Shown here one piece after another: positions 10,096-18,477 of a stretch of 64,000 nucleotides of DNA. A program made the position numbers and the translations under genes. Each line of letters begins with the position of its first letter. Position 1 is the stretch's first letter. The DNA lies in the NCBI GenBank assembly GCA_016866335.1, contig VGMT01000010.1, positions 3,144-67,143 on the forward strand, given 5' to 3'. The notes beneath the pieces were generated by a model that was not told the origin of the DNA, ran no database searches, and saw only the letters and a list, made by a program, of their open reading frames with translations. Source of the stretch: Bacteroidota bacterium (lineage in GTDB: Bacteria; Bacteroidota; Bacteroidia; CAIKAF01).

Positions 10096-10744
10096 GGCTC
10101 AAAAGTATAAAGTTTTTATCAACGCTTCGCGCTTGATTGCAATGGACAGCGAACTTCTGGAATTCGAACCCCAAGAAGGCTATGAACTGCTGAACTACAG
10201 CTCAAAAAAACAGCTGCAAGACCTGATTGAATCTCTTGAAAACAGCAAGGATTCCCGAGACGTGTGCCTGCACAGTTTAGACCTGCCGAAATTGTGGTTT
10301 GATTTAAAATCTATGTTCTCGGTCATCACTGCCGGCGGAGGCCTTGTAGAAAATCCAGAAGGTTCTTTGCTTTTTATTTACCGGCATAAGAAATGGGACC
10401 TTCCCAAAGGGAAAAAAGAAAAAGGAGAGAGCATAGAAGAATCGGCGATTCGTGAGGTGCAAGAAGAATGTGGACTGCAGCACGTTGTTTTAGGCCGAAA
10501 ATTAACCACCACCTGGCATACGTTTGGAAGTCCTGACAACCGAAAGTTAAAGAAAAGTGTCTGGTTTCACATGTACTCAGCCCAGCAAGAGCTCATTCCC
10601 CAACAGGAAGAGGGCATCAGTAAAATTCGGTGGGTAGAACCCGAGAGAGTGGCTAAAAAACTACAAAAAGCCTATCCCAGCATAACCGAAGTTTTGCAGG
10701 CTTACCATCGAATGCAGACGGTAATATCCACAAAACCCGAATAA
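10094..10744 (+). CDS. NUDIX hydrolase
   Basis: Nudix box GKKEKGESIEESAIREVQEECGL. The start is set to the ATG at 10094, which shares the palindrome CATG with the divergent pyrE start codon. The track ORF begins upstream at 9980 inside pyrE. Confidence 0.75.
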   Translation: MAQKYKVFINASRLIAMDSELLEFEPQEGYELLNYSSKKQLQDLIESLENSKDSRDVCLHSLDLPKLWFDLKSMFSVITAGGGLVENPEGSLLFIYRHKKWDLPKGKKEKGESIEESAIREVQEECGLQHVVLGRKLTTTWHTFGSPDNRKLKKSVWFHMYSAQQELIPQQEEGISKIRWVEPERVAKKLQKAYPSITEVLQAYHRMQTVISTKPE

Positions 10745-10877
10745 CATAGGGCTAACATAGGCCCTCTGTTTCAGGAAAATGCCTCATTTATGGGGGCATA
10801 ATAATCTGAATTACAGTTTGTTGTCAATAAATAATTCAGAAGCCCTAAAATTTGATGAAAAGCAGTATTTTTGCCCC

Positions 10878-10962
10878 GGAGAGATGGCAGAGTGGTCGAT
10901 TGCGGCGGTCTTGAAAACCGTTGAGGGTTAAACCTCCGGGGGTTCGAATCCCTCTCTCTCCG
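10878..10962 (+). tRNA. tRNA-Ser (anticodon TGA)
   Basis: GGAGAGATGGCAGAGTGGTCGA...CTTGAAA anticodon loop...long variable arm...GGTTCGAATCC T-loop. Acceptor stem GGAGAGA/TCTCTCC, discriminator G. Confidence 0.85.
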
Positions 10963-10977
10963 CTGAGTAAAATAGCT

Positions 10978-11018
10978 AAAGCCTTGATAGACAACAGTTT
11001 ATCGAGGCTTTTTCTTTT
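10978..11018 (+). terminator. putative terminator downstream of tRNA-Ser
   Basis: aaagccttgataga...tttatcgaggcttt imperfect hairpin followed by a T-rich run. Confidence 0.3.
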
Positions 11019-11052
11019 GGGGCAAGACAGTTTTTCGTTTTGGGGCAAGAAA

Positions 11053-11649
11053 TTAGTCCATTAAAGCCTTCACTTTTTGTACCGTTCCGAGTGAAACTTG
11101 GCATCGCCCTGCAATATCTCGCAAGCTCTTATTCATCCTCAAGTAACGAACAACCTCTTTATACCTATTCATTACAATCTCCCTACTCTCAGTAGTGCCT
11201 TTTATTCTGCCCTTGTAAACCCCTTTCTTTTTGGCTTCAGCAATACCTTCGAGCTGGCGTTCGCGTAAAGTGGCTCTCTCCATTTCGCTAATGTTGGCAA
11301 GTACACTACCAATGAGCTTGAAGGTTGGATTTTCTTTACCATGTATCAAAGATTCAAGCCCCAAATTGTCAACCCTGAGTGTCACACCTAGCTTGTTCAG
11401 GGAATCAATTGTCTGGAGAACATCAATTGTATTTCTACCCAGACGGTCAATACTACTGACACTTAGGTAATGTATCTGATTCTCCCGAATCTTTTGCATT
11501 AACAGTTGAGCTTGTTCACGGCTTGCAAATGGTGTAGTTCCACTTACTCTGTCAATAAAGACAATTTCATCTGGGTGCTGACGAGCTAATTGTCGTGCTT
11601 CATTTTGGTTTAGTGTACTTGTACGGATATACCTAGCTTTCATACTCAC
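11053..11649 (-). CDS. small serine recombinase (resolvase/DNA invertase family)
   Basis: 198 aa. N-terminal resolvase catalytic domain (ARYIRTSTLNQ with nucleophile Ser, ...SSIDRLGRN...) and a C-terminal HTH (SLRDIAGRCQVSLGTVQKV). Confidence 0.85.
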   Translation of the reverse strand: MSMKARYIRTSTLNQNEARQLARQHPDEIVFIDRVSGTTPFASREQAQLLMQKIRENQIHYLSVSSIDRLGRNTIDVLQTIDSLNKLGVTLRVDNLGLESLIHGKENPTFKLIGSVLANISEMERATLRERQLEGIAEAKKKGVYKGRIKGTTESREIVMNRYKEVVRYLRMNKSLRDIAGRCQVSLGTVQKVKALMD

Positions 11650-11952
11650 ATTGATTTATGATGCAAATTTACAGCAAATAAATTTAATGTGCTATTTTTA
11701 GGGTGGTTATTTTTAGTACACCTATATCATACCCAAACCCCTCAAATATGAGCCGAAGGTTATATTACAGTTTGATTATACCCTAATTTAGTACACTCCA
11801 ATACTGACCGCAAAATTTTCTCCGAGAAATTTTTTATGATACTCGTTTTGCATAGAAAACAGGGTCATTTTTATATTTTGAGGATTTGACATCCCTATTT
11901 ATCCGTTTTCACCAGGGAGGAAGGACGGGATACCCCAAGGAGGTCGGGGGGG

Positions 11953-12915
11953 CTATTTCAGATAACCCTGCTGAATGCTCATCAGCAGATTTACATAACC
12001 ATCAATTATAACAGTTAAGCTGTTTGTTATAAAGTCCTCCAATACCTCCCGTTCTTCACTATCACAACTATTCAACTCCAGAATGCGTTCTTTCACCCGA
12101 ATGGCTAGCACATTACTCATGTCTATGTGGAATGAGGCTTCTCCAACATTGTGAAATGGGATTTTTGTTTCTTGGGCATCGGTTATGCTGTGTTGTACGG
12201 CATAGGTTCCAGCACTGCTCCACTGAACGCTGGGATTGGCACTAGATGAACTGGCTGGATTCCCGTTTTGAAAAAGCCAAGAATGCGTTATGCCTTGCCC
12301 CGTTAAATTAGGCAGGCATTGGGTGCTGTAGTTGGTTCCTGTAGGGTTGGGATTGATGCTAAATGTGCTGTCGGGAGCCTGAACCAAAACCGATAACGAG
12401 CGTATGGGTGAATTCCCACAGCCATTTTGAGCCTGCACAGTTACCGTTCCGCTGTTAACCGTAAAATTCACCACAATTGAGGTGTCGTTGTTGGTCCCTT
12501 GGACCGTTCCTTCAGGGGCTTCCATTCAAGCATAACTGTTGGCCCCTGGAACCGAAGAAATGCTGTACACCTGAGCACTGGAATTTGGGCAGAGCTGAAC
12601 CGGTCCAGTTATGTTTCCCGGCTGGGCCGGTGGTTGACTGCAGTCGCAAACCACGTTACGCCAACTGTTGGGAATGTAAATTTGAAGGCATTTGGTGCTC
12701 GTATTGTAAATCTGAAGCCCCTCCACCGGATTTTGCAGAGCGTTCCGCTGGGCCGTGGTCAATTTGTTCACCAAAAACCCCTTGGCTGTATCGCTAAGCC
12801 GAAGTAAAACGGTCGAGGGAAGTCCGCCAGTGGTGTCACCTATAATTACGCCTTGAGAACGGATGTTGGTCCAGCCTAGCATCAGAACAAAGAGGATAGA
12901 AACTAGAATTTTCAT
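11953..12915 (-). pseudogene. secreted repeat-domain surface protein interrupted by a single in-frame TGA
   Basis: Track ORFs 12526..12915 (signal peptide MKILVSILFVLMLGW...) and 11953..12525 are in the same frame, separated only by TGA at 12526-12528. The repeat motif (...VCxG...YSISSVPGANSYA*) predicts Trp at the stop, i.e. TGG to TGA. Confidence 0.6.
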
Positions 12916-12984
12916 GACTTGGGTTTAGCTGTTGAGTATAACCGAAGGTATGCTTTTGTTTTTGACTTTAAAACAGATGCGTTT

Positions 12985-13145
12985 CTGTCATGAGCGGCCG
13001 CGGTAGGGATTGAACCAGGTAGCACGCAAAGGGGGCGGCGGTTGCCGCCGCGCGGCGAGGAGGCGACCTTGGGAGCCTCCGCAGCCCGCTGGCGGCCCGC
13101 CGGCCACGGCGGACTACCGGTGAAAGCCCGCAACCGCCCAAAAAA
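12985..13145 (+). repeat. high-GC intergenic repeat, copy D (core GGAGGCGACCTTGGGAGCC)
   Basis: ggtagggattgaaccaggtagc...gaggaggcgaccttgggagcctccgca...gaaagcccgcaaccgcccaaaaaaa. It shares these three blocks with the copies at 16625, 27880, 30345, 32742 and 43625. Confidence 0.7.
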
Positions 13146-13156
13146 ACCTTTAAAAA

Positions 13157-16100
13157 TTAACTCCCCGCAGCCACCGAACTGGCCTTTTTAATCCGTTCCT
13201 GCCGCCCTTCGGGGTGAAACAAATCAAAAACAACAATGTAAATGCCCGTGCGCGCCTTGCTGCCATCGTCGGTCAAACCGTTCCAAATGAAATTACCCTG
13301 CTTGGAAAGGTAGGTGTGCGGAAGCAGGTTGCGAATGGTTCGACCCGCCGCGTCGTAAATGGTTATACTGCCCATATACCCCTCTTTATCAAGCATGTAG
13401 CTAATACCCATTTGATCATCAAATCCATCGTTGTTGGGCGAGAAAATGTCGGGCATGAGTTCAAAATCACTGACCGCGCTGCCGTATTCTCCATAATGAG
13501 AATTGCGGTAGCCCGGTGTGCCATAACCCACCGTTTGCGCCGCCGAGGTCCAGTTCATTGGATTTTGAGTGGGCAAAGTATAGGAAATACGCTCCATAGT
13601 AACCCCTTTAAAATCCTTCAACAACGAAAAATGATACTCTTTTTCATTGTATGCCAAAACATCAAGCAACTGCAATGAAATGTTTGAAATGCCCACCACT
13701 CCATCGGAATTGTTGTAGCTGGGCAACGAAGTCATGGTCCAAAAAGCCCTTGGGTCCGGACAAACATATTGCGACTGAATTGAACTTGGATCGGTAGTTA
13801 ACACCAGATACTGACCGGGGAAAAGGGTTAATGGCAAGCCATGGATTGATTTGGGATTGGTTACCGTTTTTGTCAGGGTATCTGCATTTGACAGAAACAA
13901 TGCCGAAAGGTCAACCGCAGCAGTTCCGTTGTGGTAAATCTCTACAAAATCCACTCCTGAATCTTTGGGATTGCTCAACACTTCATTGATCAGAATCCAG
14001 CCTGAATCGGGCTGTTGACCTTGTGCCAAGCGCACTGAATCCAAGCTTATGGGGTTTCCGGCACAATCTTCAACACCCAAAACCTTAATCCAAATTTCTT
14101 GGCCCATGCCAGGCCCGTTGGCCAAGACCAAACGCACGGTACTTAAATCAACACCTTCAAATTGGGCCTCTAATGGAAATCCGGGATTCCCCGGAAGGCT
14201 AAATTGAAAAATGTCTAGGGAATTGGGATTCAAGGCCTCTGAAAAATAAATACGGGCCGTATCGCCCCGGGTTCCGCTTCGAAGAATAAAGGGAATCAGG
14301 GCATCGGGATTTGATCCAGACACTGAATTTGGGCCGCCCGGAGTTCCGCCACGCGGATCAACGCTCGCCGTCCAATTGCTGGAACCGGCACAGGGGTTTG
14401 AAGGATCGCGCATTTCAAGCGACCAGCCTCCGTTGTCTTTTTTTACGTTGTTGCCATACCAAGATTCCAAATAGCTGAGGCTGTGTATCATGCGGCCCCA
14501 AGGATCGTGCAGACTTAGGGTCGTTCCTGCATTGGTCAGGCTCATGCTACCCGCTGCAAAAACGGGTATGCCAGCAAACAGTGGATTGTTGGAATACAAA
14601 CCCACATTCGATTCTCGAATAAGTAGGCCGAATCCATTGGCAGGCAATGTGCCTCCAGCCAAGGTATAGCTGCTGTTCCCAACCTTTAAAACCCAACCGT
14701 TCATAGGGACAGCAAAGGCGTTCGTGTTTTTGAGTTCTATATACTCTGTGGCGGGCAACTGAACGGGGCTGGTTTCCTTGGCCATGATTTCATGGATCAG
14801 GATTTCAAATGGAGCCGGGGTATAGTTTACCAATTCGATGGAATCGGGAACCGTAAGCTGATTTCCAGCACAATCTGAAACCCCCGATAAAGCTCTTAGC
14901 CATAGCGGTTGATTGCTGGGAATGGCTACCGAAAAAACCAACCTAAGCTGGTTGGGCGCAACCTGAATCGTGCTGTTTGGAATTCCTATTCCTGCCGACA
15001 ACTGAAAATCAGAAGGCTGAACCGTTGAAGCATCAATATTTTTGCTCAAGGTCAACAGCACCTGAGTTGCTGTTTCAACCACCGCATTGCTTAGCTCAAA
15101 GGGAATAACCACCGTAGAAAAAACGCTGTTAGGCCTACCCGGCGTACCGCCAATAAGGTCCATTGAAGCTTTCCAGTTGGGTGCATCGGAACAAAACTCG
15201 TTTGGATTCACTCGCTCAATGGAATATCCCCCATCGTCATTTGCAGGGTCGTTGTAATACGCCAAAGAATAGGTCAACTGGTCGATCAATACACCGTTCG
15301 AATCTTTCAATTCAAGGGTTGCCCCTCCGTTGGTTAAGGCCGTCCAAGCAGAAGGATAAAAAATGGGAGTTGAGGCAGGAAAATAACCCTGAGCCGCCGG
15401 GTCGGCAATGACCAAAAACGAATCGGGCAATATGCTGGCTCCGCTAAGCGACCGACTGCTGCTGCCCACCGTTAAGGTAAAACCCTGCAAAGAGAAGGGC
15501 AACGGTGTTCTGTTGTACAGTTCAATGTATTCAAATTCGGGCAAACCAAAACTGGGACTTGGGTCTGGGTACACCTCATTAAACACAATATCGCGTGACG
15601 ACACCTGAACCCAGGCAAAAGGCAGGGTTGTTTGAGCCATGGGATTTCCAGAGGCATCTGAAACCCCTGAAACCGTTATTTGATAGGCCTGATTCGATTG
15701 AATTGGGTTTGATAGGGTCAGGTCGATGGATTGTGCTCCAAACAACTGGGCCGAACTGGGATTTCCAATGCCATTTGAAATGGAATACTGAGTCAGGGCA
15801 TTGATGGAAGAAGGCAGCAAGGATTCGTTAAAGCCCAAGCGGACTTGGGTTGGCGACAAGGCTTGAGCCGAGGTTAAAACGGGTGGGATAACATCAGCAG
15901 GTCCTGAACCCGTAACCACCACATCGTCCAGAAAAATCTTATCGGAACGGGTCGAGCTGTACCTGCACCACCAACCGCTAAAAATAGAGCTAGTAAATTG
16001 AGCATCGGTGGCCGTACCAATGGTTTGAAAAGCGGTTCCACCGGTTGGATCGGCTTTCAGCGTCCAAAATCCAACATTGTCGCGCTCCAAACGCACGCGT

Positions 16101-16549
16101 ATTCGAACCGTGTCCACATTTAAATACGAAACAGGCGACGAAATTAAGGCCGTGCTGCTGCCATTGCTGATCCTGCCAAATCGAAGTTGATCGGTTCCCG
16201 CTCCAATTTCAACATAATACCCGTTAATGGCCGCAGTTAAATCGGCCCCATTCGAACACACATAAAAACGGGCATAATTGCTGGTAGAAGGATTAAAGTT
16301 GAATTGGGCATAAAACTCCCAACTTGCTAAATTTATGGCAATTGAATTGGTAGCCAAATAGCTGGTATTCGATGACCCTGGACTGGGATTCAGCAACTGA
16401 AGTTGCTTAGCTGCATTTACAGTAAACACGTTGGAATTACCAATCCAGGTTGGATTTTGAGTAAAATCACCATCGGTAAAATCATCGCTAAATTGCGCAG
16501 AAAGTGAAACCGAAAAGACCAGACAGCAGGCTAAAAAAATCCGATTCAT
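13157..16549 (-). CDS. large secreted lamin-tail-domain (LTD) protein with T9SS type-B C-terminal sorting domain
   Basis: Signal peptide MNRIFLACCLVFSVSLSAQ. Two LTD-like segments (IVFNEVYPDP...EFEYIELYN and ILIHEIMAKE...EYIELKN). C-terminal DIFSPNNDGFDD...IYIVVFD matches the gliding-motility-associated/type-B CTD. Confidence 0.75.
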   Translation of the reverse strand: MNRIFLACCLVFSVSLSAQFSDDFTDGDFTQNPTWIGNSNVFTVNAAKQLQLLNPSPGSSNTSYLATNSIAINLASWEFYAQFNFNPSTSNYARFYVCSNGADLTAAINGYYVEIGAGTDQLRFGRISNGSSTALISSPVSYLNVDTVRIRVRLERDNVGFWTLKADPTGGTAFQTIGTATDAQFTSSIFSGWWCRYSSTRSDKIFLDDVVVTGSGPADVIPPVLTSAQALSPTQVRLGFNESLLPSSINALTQYSISNGIGNPSSAQLFGAQSIDLTLSNPIQSNQAYQITVSGVSDASGNPMAQTTLPFAWVQVSSRDIVFNEVYPDPSPSFGLPEFEYIELYNRTPLPFSLQGFTLTVGSSSRSLSGASILPDSFLVIADPAAQGYFPASTPIFYPSAWTALTNGGATLELKDSNGVLIDQLTYSLAYYNDPANDDGGYSIERVNPNEFCSDAPNWKASMDLIGGTPGRPNSVFSTVVIPFELSNAVVETATQVLLTLSKNIDASTVQPSDFQLSAGIGIPNSTIQVAPNQLRLVFSVAIPSNQPLWLRALSGVSDCAGNQLTVPDSIELVNYTPAPFEILIHEIMAKETSPVQLPATEYIELKNTNAFAVPMNGWVLKVGNSSYTLAGGTLPANGFGLLIRESNVGLYSNNPLFAGIPVFAAGSMSLTNAGTTLSLHDPWGRMIHSLSYLESWYGNNVKKDNGGWSLEMRDPSNPCAGSSNWTASVDPRGGTPGGPNSVSGSNPDALIPFILRSGTRGDTARIYFSEALNPNSLDIFQFSLPGNPGFPLEAQFEGVDLSTVRLVLANGPGMGQEIWIKVLGVEDCAGNPISLDSVRLAQGQQPDSGWILINEVLSNPKDSGVDFVEIYHNGTAAVDLSALFLSNADTLTKTVTNPKSIHGLPLTLFPGQYLVLTTDPSSIQSQYVCPDPRAFWTMTSLPSYNNSDGVVGISNISLQLLDVLAYNEKEYHFSLLKDFKGVTMERISYTLPTQNPMNWTSAAQTVGYGTPGYRNSHYGEYGSAVSDFELMPDIFSPNNDGFDDQMGISYMLDKEGYMGSITIYDAAGRTIRNLLPHTYLSKQGNFIWNGLTDDGSKARTGIYIVVFDLFHPEGRQERIKKASSVAAGS

Positions 16550-16624
16550 AGCGGAGGGCTTGTGTGCAAATGTACGCAATGGACTTTAGTTCGAGATTAA
16601 AAAAGGGCTCAGGTAAGAAATTGA

Positions 16625-16800
16625 TAAAGGTTGGGGGGAGTTTTGGGGCGCTTTCCGGCTTTCCGCTGTAGCTCGTTTGCCCCGAGCTTTTCAGTGCGGC
16701 CGGGGGCGTGGCTCCCAAATTCGCCCGCCCCCGACCCACCGAAATAAGCCCGCGGCGGCACTCTCTGCCGCTGCAATCCGGGCGCCAAACGGCCTGCTTA
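16625..16800 (-). repeat. high-GC intergenic repeat, copy F (diverged, reverse orientation)
   Basis: ttttggggcgctttccggctttccgc...ggctcccaaattcgcc...ctgcaatccgggcg parallels the reverse-orientation copies at 30345 and 43625. Confidence 0.5.
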
Positions 16801-16888
16801 ATTCGGCCTGTGATGTTTGGTTTGTTTTCCATGTTGTGGAATTTGATACTTTTGATTTGTTCTTGGTAAAAATTAACCTAAGGTTAAC

Positions 16889-17878
16889 ATGAAGATAGCC
16901 GTTGTAGGGGCCACCGGATTGGTTGGCAGGCAAATGATCTCCGTTCTGTCCGAACGAGGTGTGGAATGCTCGGAACTTATTCCCGTGGCTTCCGAACGGT
17001 CGGCCGGAAAATCCCTCTCTTTTCAAGGAAAAAATGTTCCCATCGTATCCTTAGATCAAGCCCTAAGCATGCAGCCCGATTACGCTCTGTTTTCGGCCGG
17101 AAGCAGTATTTCGTTGGAATATGCCGAAAAATTTAGCGGCATAGGCTGTTGCGTCATCGACAATTCATCGGCTTGGCGCATGGACCAAAACGTTCCTTTG
17201 ATTATTCCCGAGGTAAATGGCTATGCGCTCACGGGGCATGAACGCCTTATCGCCAATCCCAATTGCTCAACCATTCAGTTGTTGGTGGCCTTAGCCCCCA
17301 TACACCGCTCCTTCGGCATTCGCCGCATGGTGGTGGTTACCTTTCAATCTGTTTCCGGCGCCGGTAAAAAGGGCTACGACCAATGGATGGGCGAATTAAA
17401 AGGAAACGAAAACAGACCTAAAGCTTTTCCCCACCCCATTCACGGAAACGTTATTCCTCAATGCGACAGTTTTGAATCGGACGATTTTACCAAGGAAGAG
17501 CATAAATTGATTCGGGAAACCAAAAAAATTCTAAACGATTTCTCCATCCTTATCGCTCCCACCTGCACCCGGGTTCCCGTAGCCGTTGGGCACAGCGAAG
17601 CAGTAACCTGCGAATTGTTTCGCCCCTTTGAAATTCAGCAGCTTCTTGAAACCTTCCAAAAAGCGCCAGGAGTAACCGTGTTCGACAACCCTGAAAATGG
17701 AGCCTATCCCATGCCCCTTGACGTGGCTGGAAACGATGAGGTTTTTGTAGGTCGGGTTCGCCGAGACAATACCCAAACGCATGGCTTTCACTGTTGGATT
17801 GTGGGCGACAACCTGCGCAAAGGCGCCGCCACCAACGCAGTTCAAATATTGGAGTTGATGATCAAGAAAAGCAGTTGA
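16889..17878 (+). CDS. asd: aspartate-semialdehyde dehydrogenase
   Basis: MKIAVVGATGLVGRQM NAD(P)-binding start. Active-site region NPNCSTIQLLVAL. Confidence 0.9.
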   Translation: MKIAVVGATGLVGRQMISVLSERGVECSELIPVASERSAGKSLSFQGKNVPIVSLDQALSMQPDYALFSAGSSISLEYAEKFSGIGCCVIDNSSAWRMDQNVPLIIPEVNGYALTGHERLIANPNCSTIQLLVALAPIHRSFGIRRMVVVTFQSVSGAGKKGYDQWMGELKGNENRPKAFPHPIHGNVIPQCDSFESDDFTKEEHKLIRETKKILNDFSILIAPTCTRVPVAVGHSEAVTCELFRPFEIQQLLETFQKAPGVTVFDNPENGAYPMPLDVAGNDEVFVGRVRRDNTQTHGFHCWIVGDNLRKGAATNAVQILELMIKKSS

Positions 17879-18003
17879 TAGCTTTGTGTGGATTCCAACT
17901 CACTTAGGCATTGAAAGCCTGACTCTATACTTTCTAAATCTAAAACGCTCAAAGCGTTTGCATGGAAAAAAGCTCGCGGGCCCCTCAAGAAAAGATTGAA
18001 AAA

Positions 18004-18477
18004 CTATTGAATCGGCGATATAGACAAATCAAATCGGCCTTCTGAAATGGAAATGGAATCTCCATTGGCGTTGAAAACCCGCAATTCAAAATCACCCGCG
18101 ATGTGACCTTGGTCTGTAGAGCTTGGTGCTTTGTAATGCCGCACAATCAAACTGCCAGGGCGGTTGGGAATGGCCCTATAACCAGAGGCTACCGTATTTC
18201 CTAACAATAATGCGTTGTTGGTTGAATCCAAGGCAAAGGTATCTACATCGGCAAATTGGGTCAATCGCATTGAAATGGGTAAAAAATCACGGCTTTCGGC
18301 GTTGATGTACAAAGCGCTGTCGCCACCAATCGCAGCAAAGGCATACGCGTCGCTGCGCCAAAATTGCCCATCAACTACCGCGTTTACCCCACTAAAAGAA
18401 TCTCCGCATGAGCTGAACTGAAAAACCAACATAAAGCCGGCCGAAACGCCCAGTAAAATGCTTACTAACCGATTCAT
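18004..18477 (-). CDS. hypothetical lipoprotein
   Basis: The start is moved to the internal Met (MNRLVSILLGVSAGFMLVFQFSSCG, lipobox). Its ATG overlaps the TGA stop of the upstream acyl-CoA dehydrogenase (ATGA). Confidence 0.45.
   Translation of the reverse strand: MNRLVSILLGVSAGFMLVFQFSSCGDSFSGVNAVVDGQFWRSDAYAFAAIGGDSALYINAESRDFLPISMRLTQFADVDTFALDSTNNALLLGNTVASGYRAIPNRPGSLIVRHYKAPSSTDQGHIAGDFELRVFNANGDSISISEGRFDLSISPIQ

Noticed and set aside
10845-11048. 67-aa minus-strand ORF.
   Set aside because: It overlaps tRNA-Ser(TGA) and its putative terminator.
12526-12528. In-frame TGA read as Trp (genetic code 4/25) instead of a nonsense mutation.
   Set aside because: TGA terminates many otherwise full-length conserved genes in this window (asd, the S8 protease, the XRE regulator, the ACAD gene), so the standard code applies and this TGA is a genuine premature stop or a read error.
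12912-13133. Six-frame ORFs lying over the GC-rich repeats, with Arg/Ala/Gly/Pro-rich translations (12912..13133, 16677..16892, 16691..17026, 27734..27979, 27786..28118, 30288..30524, 30361..30558, 32733..33050, 43686..44000).
   Set aside because: They coincide exactly with the roughly 70% GC repeat copies. They have no start context and low-complexity composition. Different copies are 'coding' in different frames and strands. They are artefacts of GC richness.
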